A DNA stretch of 64,000 nucleotides from an uncultured Nitrososphaerales archaeon (GTDB taxonomy: Archaea; Thermoproteota; Nitrososphaeria; Nitrososphaerales; Nitrososphaeraceae): contig CAVQMO010000015.1 in NCBI GenBank assembly GCA_963713605.1, positions 1-64,000 of the forward strand. The letters are read 5' to 3'. The first letter of the stretch is position 1. Each line of letters starts with the position of its first letter. Both the position numbers and the translations under genes were made by a program. Shown here piece by piece: positions 44,250 to 56,118 of the stretch. The notes beneath the pieces are model-generated. The model saw only the letters and a list, made by a program, of their open reading frames with translations, did not search any database and was not told the origin of the DNA.

Positions 44250-44465
44250 TGTCTGAAACTAAGTTACCATTACCAGTATCAGATGTTAGGCGGCGCTAAT
44301 ATCTATTTGATAGGAGAACACTTCTCTAGAAATCCGGTATTAGATTCTATACAAGGGTCAGCTGAAAACGTAACGAGCGTCAAAGTTCCATTGTCATGAC
44401 ATTTCATTGCGGAAGAGCGGCCAGACTTTCTCATTAAGGAGCTTGTAGAGTTCTTCAATGAATAA
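44250..44465 (+). pseudogene. C-terminal remnant of an epoxide-hydrolase-like alpha/beta hydrolase
   Basis: VKVPLS*HFIAEERPDFLIKELVEFF (GH..EE.P motif with GGA>TGA). Confidence 0.65.
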
Positions 44466-45687
44466 CAAAATAACGAAAGACATCTTCTACACAGGTCTCC
44501 ATACTAGTAACTGGTACAACAGACACTATCGGTAGTGAAATCGTAAGACAGGTTTCAGAAAAAGGGATACGGATCTTGTAGATCCGTAAATATCATCGAA
44601 TCAAAATTTATACTGGATTTGATTACGAAATGTCTGAAAGTTGCAATAAACTATCTGGAATAGATTATGATGCTTTTATCTTCCGCCTCCGATCCCAAAT
44701 GGCGGAGTGAGCTTTTGATTATTCCGTTACTCCGATTTGATAAAAGCATAGGAGACGTTCATCTTGGTGACTTGGAGTTTAGTGTATATTATTCCATAGG
44801 ATTTGCGCGCAAAGAGTCTTTCACAAGAAGCTCATTTTGACGGATTGACTTGACAGTTCTTATCATGAGCGCAGAAATAACGATCAAGACTGTCTTGGCG
44901 ATATTCATTCTCGCAACAAACACAAATACGGTGGCGCTTCATAGTTTCCAAATCAATCGTTTTACTTGGCGACCACTATCTAGAATTTCGTATGTACTTA
45001 TCGTGCCGTCGAAGCCACGGCACCGTCATCGTGCCGTTTCGCACACTACGGTAAAGTACAGGTAAGGGTGACATTATTTATATGATGTTCTTCTATACTT
45101 CTAAAAGAATCTTTCACTTGCAGTTCTGGTGTTGACTGAACGACATTCTATTTCTTCAGGACACGATAACTTGTGTTGCAGGCTAGCAAATCTTATGCTT
45201 TCATATTTTTTAATGTCCAATCGATCACCGGTCGACAGACAACATGAGGACCGAGTTAGCTGCTAGAGAAAGAAGGTTACGGAATTTGAGTGAAGCAGTA
45301 GGCACTTGGCTAGAAAAAGAGGTTCAACGATACAACAGTGGCCTAAGCAATACTCTGACTAATGGCTAACTTGACAAATTTAGTTACCAAAAATGGATCC
45401 GTAGAACAAGTAAAGAGTGCAATGACAGGCTAGATCCCCTGTATTGAATGTGAAAGGAATGCACGAGAAATTTAGGCATTATGGCCAAGAAACTTGCAAA
45501 GGCGTAAAGTTAGTATAGAAAGTAACCCAATTACATGGTCGGCCATCTCGCTCAAATCATAAAACGAAATGCAAACTCCCAGCAGCCAGTATGAAAATGG
45601 GTAGAAAACGGAGGTATTGCAATGTACACATTTGCTTTAATAGTGTCTGGTTTATAGAATAGGTAAAGAATACATGGCGATGCACAT

Positions 45688-46845
45688 ATGAATTTAAAAC
45701 CAGGAAAAAATAGAAGGACAACTCCTGAAGGGGAGCCACTTGAAGATGCAAGCGGAGGTGGTGGATTTCCAGGTGGAGGTAGAGGTGGTTTTTTTCGAGG
45801 ACCTGGAATCGGGAAGGGATCAAACTCACTCATAAAAATAGTAATTCCCGCGGTAATTGGTATAATTGTAGTCGCGTTCCTAATCATAAATAGTGTAAAG
45901 ATCGTTGAGGCTGGAAATAGAGGAGTACTGTTAAGTTTTGGTGCCGTTGACGTTAGTAGATCGTTGGAAGAGGGGATCCACTTCGTAGTTCCGGTAAGGG
46001 ATAATGTAGTACAGATGGAAGTAAGAACACAAAGGATAACAGAAGATGCAGCTGCTGCATCCGGGGATCTTCAAGACGTACGAACACAGGTAGCACTGAA
46101 TTACCATCTAGATCCTGATAATTCACAGAATGTTTACAAGAGTCTAGGACTTGATTATGCAAATAGAGTAATTGTACCGGCAATTCAAGAATCAGTCAAA
46201 CAAGTAACCGCCAGATTTAACGCAGAGGAACTCATTACTCAAAGAGAGAGTGTCAAAAATGAGATTGAGCAGCAAATTAGAGCGAGACTTGCTCCATACA
46301 ATATCATTGTAGACGCGGTTTCTATCACAGAGTTTGAGTTTTCAGCCGATTTTGTAAGGGCAGTAGAGGCGAAAGTAGCAGCTCAGCAGAGGGCACTACA
46401 GGCACAGAATGAGCTGCGAAGAATAGAGATAGAAGCTCAACAAGCAGAAGCTAGAGCCGTTGGAGAGCAGCAAGCAAATATTGCAAGAGCTGAAGGAGTT
46501 AGACAAGCTAATGTACTACAGGCACAAGGTGAAGCACAAGCAATAACTACAATAGATGAGCAGCTACGGCAGAGTCCCAGCTATCTAGAATGGCTCAAGT
46601 CCCAGAAGTGGGATGGTCAGTTGCCATTAGTTGTGGGCGGCAGTGGAACAGGAGCAGGCGGTCAATCGGTAACTCCGTTCATAGAAATACCAACAAGTAG
46701 GCATGAAATAGATTTAGCAAGTGGAGAAGGCATCGATGGTACAAATGCTGGAAACGCCACATCAACTTCATCCGGGCTCGCGAGTGGTAGCGCTGGCTTA
46801 CAGAGTGTATTGAATAACACCGTGTTAAATAATTCAACTGGATGA
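45688..46845 (+). CDS. SPFH/prohibitin family membrane protein
   Basis: TM then GNRGVLL..EGIHFVVP, DLQDV, AVEAKVAAQQ, KWDGQLP. Confidence 0.95.
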   Translation: MNLKPGKNRRTTPEGEPLEDASGGGGFPGGGRGGFFRGPGIGKGSNSLIKIVIPAVIGIIVVAFLIINSVKIVEAGNRGVLLSFGAVDVSRSLEEGIHFVVPVRDNVVQMEVRTQRITEDAAAASGDLQDVRTQVALNYHLDPDNSQNVYKSLGLDYANRVIVPAIQESVKQVTARFNAEELITQRESVKNEIEQQIRARLAPYNIIVDAVSITEFEFSADFVRAVEAKVAAQQRALQAQNELRRIEIEAQQAEARAVGEQQANIARAEGVRQANVLQAQGEAQAITTIDEQLRQSPSYLEWLKSQKWDGQLPLVVGGSGTGAGGQSVTPFIEIPTSRHEIDLASGEGIDGTNAGNATSTSSGLASGSAGLQSVLNNTVLNNSTG

Positions 46846-47527
46846 ACAAATCGAGCACAATTATCTTTCCTTATCTTATACGTGATGAAATGATGCCATT
46901 CCAACCTGTTTACAGTGCTATCAGTTCGTTACACCCTTCTATCGTTAATATTGAGTAATAAAAAAGGGGGGGAATTTCCTAACACATACTCCCTGATTTT
47001 CATTCGTTTGGATCAAGTGAAGGTGGCCTACTTTGATTCAGGCAGCTGGAAGTTCGTAATCTGGAATCAACGAAGGAGATCTGGGAGCCTTGGTCAAACC
47101 ATGGTCTTGAATGTACTTATCAACTCTCGGATCGGAGCAAAATGACAGACCAATTCCAGCTTCCAGAAAAGGATCAGTCCGGTTCTCCCTCAATAAATCT
47201 GAATATAGCTCTTTGAGTAGCAATATCATGGTCACGTCATCTGAAGAGCATGTTAGAAAAAGCATATACCATGCTGAGTAAGATACAAAGAGAGCTGGGG
47301 GAGAGAGTATGAACCTACTGTATAAACGTACAACTATGATCTCTTTTTTCGTGCCGACGAGCAGTGGAAATCTCATTGTGATAAAAACAACCATCAATAT
47401 ATCTTCTGAAATCATATCCTAAGCCTGCATAGAGATGGTATGGTCATCCCCTTCTTTTTAGGTCCTCTACTATTACTATGAAGTGGAAGAACTGCGGGAA
47501 AGAATGAGCCAATAGATAATGTCTAGT

Positions 47528-48143
47528 TTATCCAATAGTATCGAAATTAGATAATGATTTCCACATGTACCATGTAGCTATGCTTCTATATGGTCTCCAT
47601 GGATTGGCTATCTCTATCATTTTGTCAGGCTTGGGTAGTTCATCAAGTAAATACGTTCTTTTCATTGCATTTCTCAATCCTAAATCAGTTACTGGTAACA
47701 CATCCTCTCTACCAAGACAAAATATCAAAAACATTTCTGCAGTCCATCTACCTATTCCCTTTACCTTTGTAAGTTGGGTGATAACATCCTCGTCTGTCAT
47801 TGCTGGTAAATTATTCAAATCTAACCTTCCATCCGTAACATGGGCTGCTAGAATCTTTTAGGTATGCTATTTTCATTCTTGAGAGACCAACCTTAGCTCT
47901 TAGGTCAACGTCAGAACTTGAGAGGATCTGTAGCGGTTCTGGAATCGTACCACCAAAATACTTCAAGAATCTACTATAAATGGTAATCGCAGCCTTTCCA
48001 GTAAGTTGCTGATAGATTATTGCTTCTATTAATGATAAATATGAATCATTTCGCTTCTTTATGGAATAATTTCCAACATTCTTAATGATTTCAGCAAGAT
48101 GTCGATCTGAACTACATAGATATTTTGAGTAATCGATATTCAA
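47528..48143 (-). pseudogene. alkA: DNA-3-methyladenine glycosylase II (HhH-GPD), frameshift ~47850
   Basis: IIYQQL, VKGIGRWTAEM, LPVTDLG, WRPYRS. Confidence 0.9.
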
Positions 48144-48241
48144 ACATAATATCGATAATGAGAAATGGTATATATTCCTAGATTAAGGAAAAAACTCTGA
48201 TATCAGCTTTCCCCCTCACGTACCAAAATAGAATTGTCAGA

Positions 48242-49126
48242 TCATTTAAAAGCGTCCGCATAATCTGTTGCAAATTGAGCAAACGTTTTTGTTTTCCTTC
48301 CTGTTACTTCTTCAACTGCAGATGACACTTGCGAGGCATAGCCTTTTCTGAAATAGGCATAGAGTTCCAGTATTGTACTGATAAGCCAATCATCCATGCC
48401 TGTCTCTTTCAACGCTTCTCTAGTCTCTTCCTCTGATATATTCACATAATCTATTTTCTTACCCGTTGAGTTTGAAAGTATTTCTGCGGCTTGATGATAG
48501 GATAGCGCCTCAGGCCCTGTAAGCAGATAGGTTTTATTGTAATGTTTATCTCCATCCATTAGAGCTTTAACTGCTACTGCCGCAATATCACGAGCGTCAA
48601 CGATACTAACTTTTGCATCCTCTGCTGGTATGTAAAAAGCATTATTGCTCTTTATTGTAGGACCTTGGAAATTGATAAAACCCTGCATGAATTCATTTGG
48701 ACGTAGGAACGTGTAGGGGATCCCAGATTCTTCTATCATTTTTTCTGTTTGCCGATGCAAGCGCATAGCTTCTACCTCCGCTCCCAAATCGGCTCCCATT
48801 ATAGATTGCTTAACAATATGCTTAATTCCAGATTTCTTTGCTTCATTGACCAGATTTGATTCATGCTCTGCAGATTTGGAGGAAGGATGAGTAAGCAAGA
48901 AGAGCTTATCCACATCTTTGAAGGCTATTTCAAGTCCTTCCTGTTTGTCGTAATCAATTTGCATTGCTTTAACTCTATCATATTGCTTTACTCTATCTGC
49001 GTTTTCAATTGAATGAACACCTGCCCTGATGTCATTGCTTGGAGCATCTCTAGAAAGCTGCTTTACAACTTCACTTCCTACAGTACCAGTAGCACCTGTT
49101 ACTAGAATCATTTCATTCATATTCAA
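48242..49126 (-). CDS. NmrA-like/atypical SDR oxidoreductase
   Basis: VTGATGTVG, LRPNEFMQ, VDARDIA, LTGPEALS. Confidence 0.9.
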   Translation of the reverse strand: MNMNEMILVTGATGTVGSEVVKQLSRDAPSNDIRAGVHSIENADRVKQYDRVKAMQIDYDKQEGLEIAFKDVDKLFLLTHPSSKSAEHESNLVNEAKKSGIKHIVKQSIMGADLGAEVEAMRLHRQTEKMIEESGIPYTFLRPNEFMQGFINFQGPTIKSNNAFYIPAEDAKVSIVDARDIAAVAVKALMDGDKHYNKTYLLTGPEALSYHQAAEILSNSTGKKIDYVNISEEETREALKETGMDDWLISTILELYAYFRKGYASQVSSAVEEVTGRKTKTFAQFATDYADAFK

Positions 49127-49221
49127 AATATTGTTCTAGAAGTATTTATTAATGGCGCTGGCGCGCCTGCCATAGATTTAGTCTGATAGTAGACCTTTGG
49201 AAGAAAAGAAAGGATTAGGCT

Positions 49222-49606
49222 CTATATCTTTGCCACACACATGATCTCAATCATGAGGTCAGGAAAGGCAAGACGTTGAATTTGTACTATTGTACTTGCG
49301 ATAAGAGGGTACCAGAAAAGATCTCTCGTCTGCATTTGGCGGCTGCAGCAAAAGCTGCATCCATATCAGTGACGAAGAGTATCTCATCCACCATATTTTC
49401 AATTGTTGCTCCATATTTTGCCAGCAGCTTCTGTATATTCGTGTAAGCCTGTCGCATTTGAACCTCCATCTCCCCACGTCCTACAATATTTCCATTATCG
49501 TCGTGACTCACCTGTCCTGACACATAAATGGTACCTTCTTTTATTGTCTGGCATAGCCATATTCTTTCTCCCAAGGCATACCGAAACTTCTTGTCTCCTT
49601 GTTCAT
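49222..49606 (-). pseudogene. RidA/YjgF family protein, frameshifted
   Basis: WEKEYGY, IYVSGQ, VQRLAFPDLMIEI in different frames. Confidence 0.85.
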
Positions 49607-49759
49607 GTCATTCTTCTAGTAAAATAGATACTTCTAAATCACATAGTTATACTTGATGTGATACCTAGACATTATAATTAAATACATACTAACGCAAGTA
49701 TTAGTAGTAATAGTAGGCGTGTATAAATATCTAGTCTACAAGTTCTGATTGATTCTATT

Positions 49760-50062
49760 ATGAAATACAGAAGTAGAACTGAAATTGTTGGCCTCATCCT
49801 TGATGCCGCAAACGGAGGAGGAGCAACCAAGACAAAAATAATGTACAAAGCATTTCTATCATTTGCGCAGCTCCGAGAATATCTTACAATGTTGCAAGAC
49901 AATGGACTCATCGAATATGAAAGTGGAAAGCAGACATATAGAACAGCAGAAAAAGGCATGAAGTTATTGGAAATATATGAAAAGATGCATGAATTAGTGC
50001 CACCACTTGCTCCAACAACAGATAACAGCAGAATTGTTAGCATCGGAGGTTACTATAAATGA
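49760..50062 (+). CDS. small winged-helix transcriptional regulator
   Basis: MKYRSRTEI..TKTKIMY..Y.T.EKG. Confidence 0.9.
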   Translation: MKYRSRTEIVGLILDAANGGGATKTKIMYKAFLSFAQLREYLTMLQDNGLIEYESGKQTYRTAEKGMKLLEIYEKMHELVPPLAPTTDNSRIVSIGGYYK

Positions 50063-51048
50063 ATCAAATAAATACAACAAGAACGATACTAGCAGTAATA
50101 ATCGCGGTAGCATTAGTAGTATCGGTAGGTAGTTTAACCGCACTGTACACTTTTCCAGCGGATGCAACAAAACCAAAGCACAATGACGATGATGATGATA
50201 ATGGTAGTGGTAACAGTAACGTAGTTAACACGCTCCCACAGCAACCACAATTAGCACCGTTAAGTATGGAAACCGCTGCCTAATACTGGAGGTAACGTTG
50301 AGAGTGATGACATAGCTACATTGCAACAACAAGCCCAACCACAACCACAGCAAACAACCACACACAACAAGCAGCATCAACAAACGCAGCATGTGGACAA
50401 GTGGTAAGCGGAGTAGTAAATCTAACTGCAAATCTTAACTGCAATAGTGGAGATGGTATCATAGTAGGTGGTCCAAACACAGTAATTAACATGAATGGAT
50501 TCTCAATCACAGGACCTGGACAGGACAGCTCTAAAGTTGGGATTATGGTACCAAATGTTGATAATGTAGTAGTAAATGGACCTGGTTCACTCAGCAACTT
50601 CCAAGCAGGAGTACTTCTTACTGGAGCAAATGGATTTACGATTAATTCTGTCATACTATCTAACAACCAGATAGGTACATTTATGACAGGAGCTGAAAAT
50701 GCACAAGTAAAACAAAACATTATACAGGGTAATAGTATAGGTGTAGCATCTCACTCAAGTACAGGTGGTGCTATAGACTCAAACCTTATGAATGGCAACT
50801 TGCTAGCAGGAATAACATTTGTCAACACACAACAGTCCAGTGTAGGAATGAACAATGTAGTTGGAAGTCAGAATGGAGTATTTCTAGATGGACAGAGCAA
50901 ACAGAATACAATATCAGCAAATAACGTACTTGAGAATGTAATTGACCTTAACAATGCAAATGGACTACCAACAAACATCAACGCAAACCAATATGTGGAC
51001 AACAGCTGTCAGACAAGTAATCCAAGTGGTCTGTGTATAGGAAGGTAA
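50059..51048 (+). CDS. secreted right-handed parallel beta-helix (NosD/pectin-lyase-like) protein; N-terminal linker frameshifted
   Basis: Signal peptide ORF 50059..50283, Gln-rich linker in shifted frame, N/G-rich beta-helix repeats. Confidence 0.85.
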
Positions 51049-51136
51049 TAAGGAATAACAGGTAACAGCAAGTAACAATCCAACTCACTTTTTTCTTTTC
51101 CGCCAAATCCATTAAGGATATTTCAATTCTATAATG

Positions 51137-51393
51137 TTAAAGAAAATCAGAGATATTTGTCTGCTTTGTTTTGATTAGAGTTGCATCATGATCATAATCC
51201 TCATCTTCTTTTCCTGCATGACTATCAGCCATTACAATTTCATCTCCCCATTTTACTTCCTCAAGACCTAATAGTTGTCTAAAGATGTTAACCGTGTTAG
51301 GACCAAAAGCTGCGTAATGTTATTTGTGGCGACAATTGAAAATCTAACTCCAGACAAATTACTCTCATCAGAGTCTTTCTTGAAGTTGCGCGC
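51137..51393 (-). pseudogene. DUF72 C-terminal remnant
   Basis: ARNFKKD..SGVRFSIVA..GPNTVNIFRQLLGLEEVKWG..KTKQTNISDFL. Confidence 0.8.
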
Positions 51394-51645
51394 AACTTCA
51401 CAGATGACACCGATCGAGGAAATATGTCTGGTGTAAAATTTTCAATCGTCGCCGCGAATAATCATTATGCCGGCTTTGGTCCTGGCACAGTAAACTTATT
51501 CAGACAATTAATAGGCATGCAGGAGGTGAAATGGGGGGATGAATTTATCACAACTGATGATCTGGAAAAGGGCAATCACGAAGGTATGAACAAACGCCGC
51601 ACTATTAAGACTAAACAAACGAGTATGTCTGACTTTCTAAACTGA
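51388..51645 (+). pseudogene. DUF72 C-terminal remnant
   Basis: ARNFTDD..SGVKFSIVAANNHYAGFGPGTVN..KTKQTSMSDFL. Confidence 0.85.
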
Positions 51646-51738
51646 ATATTAAGAGGACACTGTTAACTGTCAAGTGCAACTAATCACGCTGTAGTTATGG
51701 CGTTAGAATGGCGTTCCATCACCAACTGGAGAGGTGCC

Positions 51739-52023
51739 CTATCCGGGACAGTAGGTTCTGCGACCTTCGTCTGTCAGACCAAACCTGTCATCCTCATCCC
51801 TATAGATCTGCCCCTCGCCTAGGAACTGCTCTAAGACAATTCTTAGACACAGATCCTGCTCCGATGCCTCTTCATTCTTCCAGATAGATTTTAACAGAAA
51901 CGTAGTAGGTTGCGCATTTTGACGCGCGACTTTATCAAGTTCGCTCAGACTCGCCATAAAATATGCTCTATTGATACGATTGTCTCTTACTGGATCATCA
52001 ATACTAAACCTATCAGATGACAT
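51739..52023 (-). CDS. small winged-helix-like hypothetical protein
   Basis: L.EGQI....RFGLTDEGR wing motif. Confidence 0.6.
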   Translation of the reverse strand: MSSDRFSIDDPVRDNRINRAYFMASLSELDKVARQNAQPTTFLLKSIWKNEEASEQDLCLRIVLEQFLGEGQIYRDEDDRFGLTDEGRRTYCPG

Positions 52024-52543
52024 GTGTTTTGATGATGAGCAACTTATTCCTCCGCTATATTACTTTCTTGTCCTCGAGCAGCTAAGATTTTAATTGTCGT
52101 CGTAGTTTTCACGCTTAACATTACAAATCTAGTCTGCAACTAGACGCCAAGCATGGTATTCTACTTTCGCTTTTTGGTTGCTATTCTTGTCGTTATCACT
52201 TTGCTGTATGAACTCTGTAAAGTTTGTATAATCCATTATGCTGTTACAGTAAATGCAAATCCATCTCATAGAGATAAGAACTACTATGAAGACATTGTTT
52301 ATATACAATTTTTCTATAGTTCTGTAACAAAGTTTTATTGTTACGATCACCTCGTTCAGTTTGCTGTCGTGGTTCTGGCACTAATGTGAACACACCATTA
52401 GAATGTTAAGCAGTCTTTCTAATAACTGAATAGTTTCACTCTCCGAAGAATCTCTAACTGTTCAACGTTAAGAGCTATCTATTATTATTTATCACAATCG
52501 AAGTTAATTAGCGTTAATCATAATCACTGCACTAGTAATAGTA

Positions 52544-52738
52544 TTGGAACAAAGGAATGTTGTAGTATTGACTACGACAACAGGGGTAAGACTTGTGGCT
52601 ATCTGGAAGCAGAAGTTGGAGAGATGGTACATGGTGGAGGGCAAAGGAAAGGAGACGAGGGGAAAAGTGGTAGACAAACTCACACCCCGCCAATTTCAGG
52701 AAGCAGTCGAGAATGGACTCATTTGCATGGTAGTTTGA
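52544..52738 (+). CDS. hypothetical protein, paralog of 35410..35640
   Basis: Near-identical peptide; shared upstream DNA. Confidence 0.6.
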   Translation: MEQRNVVVLTTTTGVRLVAIWKQKLERWYMVEGKGKETRGKVVDKLTPRQFQEAVENGLICMVV

Positions 52739-53481
52739 TGCGTTTAGGTTGTCACTGCAGTTTTGGCGTAAGTCCGAGCCAAGTATGGCTATACGCTCAC
52801 CATTTCACGTATCAGTCCGTTTTGACTATATTCAGTGCCGTGTTTTTCGCATAGACTGACTGGCCTGTTGGTAGTTTTCACTGTAGCATGCCATTTTATA
52901 CTTGAAGTGCATCCATTTACTTGACATACTTCGTCTCCTGCCGCTGCTCACCTGCATTACCTCCACCGTCTTCGGTACCCATAATCAGTTCATATTTCGT
53001 AATGAATAAAAGGATTACAAGTCAATCCAGCCTTTACGCATTGCCTGATTCTTGACTGGTTGTCTGTGCAGTTTTGGCATTGACAAATGCGGCTCAACAA
53101 AGCTCTAAATAAGTTTATGAATCACCATTCAATCTGATTTTCTCAGGCTTCTTAGGCTTGGACTCTTCAAGTCTCTTCTTTCTTGTTCTATCTTGAAGAG
53201 TTCGTTAGCGAATCACGCCTTATCGACATACGACGACGGCTCCGTCATGTTACTAGTTAGAGGATATCATTTATTCATAAGTGATATCGCTTGCAATATT
53301 CTTCAGATTTGTAAATCTTTCACATATTCTATTATTTCAGCGACAATATTTGGGTTTATATTCTAATATCATTTCCAATTGCAAATCTTCAAAGTCTTTA
53401 TCGCTTTAGAAGTTTTTGCCCCAGCTAAGATAAGGCTATTTCATCTACAATACATTTAACCTATTTCTACTTAGTGAATTT

Positions 53482-53832
53482 ATGCAGGCTAATGGTAGTA
53501 GCAAGGGAGGTCTAAATGAATTACTAGCAGCTTTACTACACAACAAAAATACGTATATTTCAAACAACGAATTTAAACAACTACTACATATAATTGAGAA
53601 TGATGCGACGCAAATATATCATACAAAGTATGGTTCAGAGGACACAAAAATTAAATTTAATATCAATTCTAATGTGAATTCAGATATTGGTCTTGTGGGA
53701 CGGCAGAGTGCTAAATCGCTTGAATGCATTAGGAAATCTATAAAGAAAAATCTACACTTAATGCAAGAAAGTGTGAGGACAGAGTTTGAGGGATATTTGA
53801 TACTATGTGGCGAAGGAATTAATTCTACTTAA
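53482..53832 (+). CDS. hypothetical protein
   Basis: 116-aa ORF with plausible composition. Confidence 0.55.
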   Translation: MQANGSSKGGLNELLAALLHNKNTYISNNEFKQLLHIIENDATQIYHTKYGSEDTKIKFNINSNVNSDIGLVGRQSAKSLECIRKSIKKNLHLMQESVRTEFEGYLILCGEGINST

Positions 53833-54269
53833 CATCTTTTAATAAAACTAAGGGATATCTACTCACTATAAAGGACTTGAGAGGCCGTTCTGGACATATC
53901 CAGTTATGCATCCAATTATAGATAGGCTTTATTTTTCCTTTCATCTCCGTCGGTTGTGAATTTTTAAATTGTCTTTTGTGCACACTATTACATGTGTTAC
54001 TCGGTTTTGAAATATGTGGTGAAAAGACGGATAAGTTCAGGTTAAATAAGTGTATTAAGCCAGTATTATAAATGACACATCTGGCAAGCCACGCATTGCA
54101 TCCAGGTGATGTGCGGGATAGGCCTCAATATGTACTCCATTTAGTTCAATAACAGTTTCGGAGGGTATGAATATGAACTTGAATCTGTATCTATCTCTAT
54201 CTATGCGTAGAATCTAATATTAATAAATTCTTGACCTGGCTTAAATGATCGCTCTTCAGATCGTTATCA

Positions 54270-54575
54270 TCATTTGATTTCATGCTTTATAATCAGTAAT
54301 TCTTCCATCTTGTTATATACTTGTAGAGCCTGCATTCCTTTCGGAGTAGTCTTAAAAGTTCTTTCTCCCTCGATGTATTCAATAAGGTCATTCTCAAGCA
54401 AATGGACTAGATATTCTTTCAGTATGTTATAGGATAGATATGTCTTGAATTGTATCTCGGTAACTCTTGCCCTGTTACCATTGGTTACTTCTAGAATAGA
54501 CGAAATTATCTCAGATCTGGATCTATGCTTGAGTTGTTTTGTCATCCTTTTACTCAATTTTATTACAGAAGACAT
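54270..54575 (-). CDS. small winged-helix transcriptional regulator, paralog of 49760
   Basis: KHRSRSEII..LKEYL..FKTTPKG. Confidence 0.9.
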   Translation of the reverse strand: MSSVIKLSKRMTKQLKHRSRSEIISSILEVTNGNRARVTEIQFKTYLSYNILKEYLVHLLENDLIEYIEGERTFKTTPKGMQALQVYNKMEELLIIKHEIK

Positions 54576-54724
54576 CCATACTTATTTATGACTAATGTAA
54601 GTACTAGAAGAATCTAGTTCAGTTGTTACCTCTTAATTTCAAGCCAGGAGGTGAGCATAGTATATTTGAATTTTTACATCCAAAATGGTAATCTCTTTAC
54701 ACTTAGTTTTACTAGTAATGACTC

Positions 54725-55618
54725 TTACGATGCTCCCAACAAGCCATCGACTATACTTGAGACAAAATTGTTTGCAATTGAACCGTCCAGATCCAGGCGA
54801 GGGTTGAAAATAGTGATTGTCATACCTACGGCACGATTGGTTGCAAGCAAAACGTTTAAGACCTCCGTGAGGTCAGAGTAGCTTAGTCCATCATCCAGAC
54901 GATAATCAACAGCCGGCATGATTGTATCATCTAAAACATCTGCATCTAGATGAATCCAGAATCCCTCTATATGATTCTTCAGCAAGCTCTTTGTAGCCAA
55001 AGAGACAGCATTTCTAGTCTTTAGTTTTTTAATTTCCAAAAGATCGATTACATGCATGTTCGTATCTCGAACATCTTGACTCCCGTAGGTTGCAGATTGT
55101 TCTGCATCACGATATCCAAATAATACAATGTCCTCATCTCTGACGTATGGTTTTAGTCCATTGATATTTGTAAGTATATCAGGACCTCTGCCAGATATGA
55201 TAGCTAGATCCATGTCAGCAACTTCTCCACTCACAGAGGCTTCAGGTTGGTAAAAATCAGCGTGGCCATCAATAAAGAATAATCCATACCTTCCAGAATG
55301 GTGCCGTAATGCTAAAAGAGGGGCAATAACAATACTGCAGTCACCTCCTATTATTATGGGAAACAATTTTTTACTTAAGACACTTGATACAACGCTACAA
55401 AGTGCTTGTGAAAATTCTCTGATTGCTTTACCGTTTAGTAACAATGTTTTACTATCACGTTCTGAATTGTATGGATACGATGGATTGACACGACCCACGT
55501 ATCGGGCATCTAATTTCTCATGCAAACCTGCTGCTTTGAGTACTTGTGGAAGATCTTCGACTCCTGTTGGTCGCAGTCCCAATATTGAAGGAGCATCAAT
55601 GATTGCAAATTCGTACAT
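54725..55618 (-). CDS. arginase family ureohydrolase
   Basis: GGDCS, DGHADF, HLDADVLD, FNPRLD. Confidence 0.9.
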   Translation of the reverse strand: MYEFAIIDAPSILGLRPTGVEDLPQVLKAAGLHEKLDARYVGRVNPSYPYNSERDSKTLLLNGKAIREFSQALCSVVSSVLSKKLFPIIIGGDCSIVIAPLLALRHHSGRYGLFFIDGHADFYQPEASVSGEVADMDLAIISGRGPDILTNINGLKPYVRDEDIVLFGYRDAEQSATYGSQDVRDTNMHVIDLLEIKKLKTRNAVSLATKSLLKNHIEGFWIHLDADVLDDTIMPAVDYRLDDGLSYSDLTEVLNVLLATNRAVGMTITIFNPRLDLDGSIANNFVSSIVDGLLGAS

Positions 55619-56118
55619 TATCTGACTAACTTAACACCCTTTAATGAAGCTCTGCATAATATTATCGTCGGAAGCAAATTTAGTCTATTTGTAGGATGAA
55701 ACACGATTTGTTGTAATACTATTCATGAACTTGGATTGAAAATAACCTAAATATCACTAGCGATTTTTCCTGGGTAAATTACATCGCATAGGAAATAATT
55801 TTAAATGATCAGCCAAGGATTATTGTATCTATTATAAAGATTTCGCGTGCAAAATCTAAAATTATTTAAATGATTTTAGTACAATGTTAGAATACACCTT
55901 TTCTGAAATTGTTGAGCCCCACTAAATTTTAAGTACCTCCACTTCTTAAAGAATAGGAAGTTAGTAACGGTTTGGTTGTAACAAGTGTTTATAAAATAAT
56001 TTCAAGTAAGATAATATCAATTCAGGAATTTCTTTTTTTTTAAAGTTCTATTTTCTCCCATTTTTGTATTATAGAAACCTATTTTATCTATGCCTTCAAA
56101 CAGTAAGAAGAATCGATT

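Noticed and set aside
47038..47415. 125-aa minus-strand ORF
   Set aside because: No recognisable motif; may be a degraded gene, cannot assign
53162..53201. 10-bp inverted repeat actcttcaag/cttgaagagt
   Set aside because: Isolated, with a low-complexity loop and no other support
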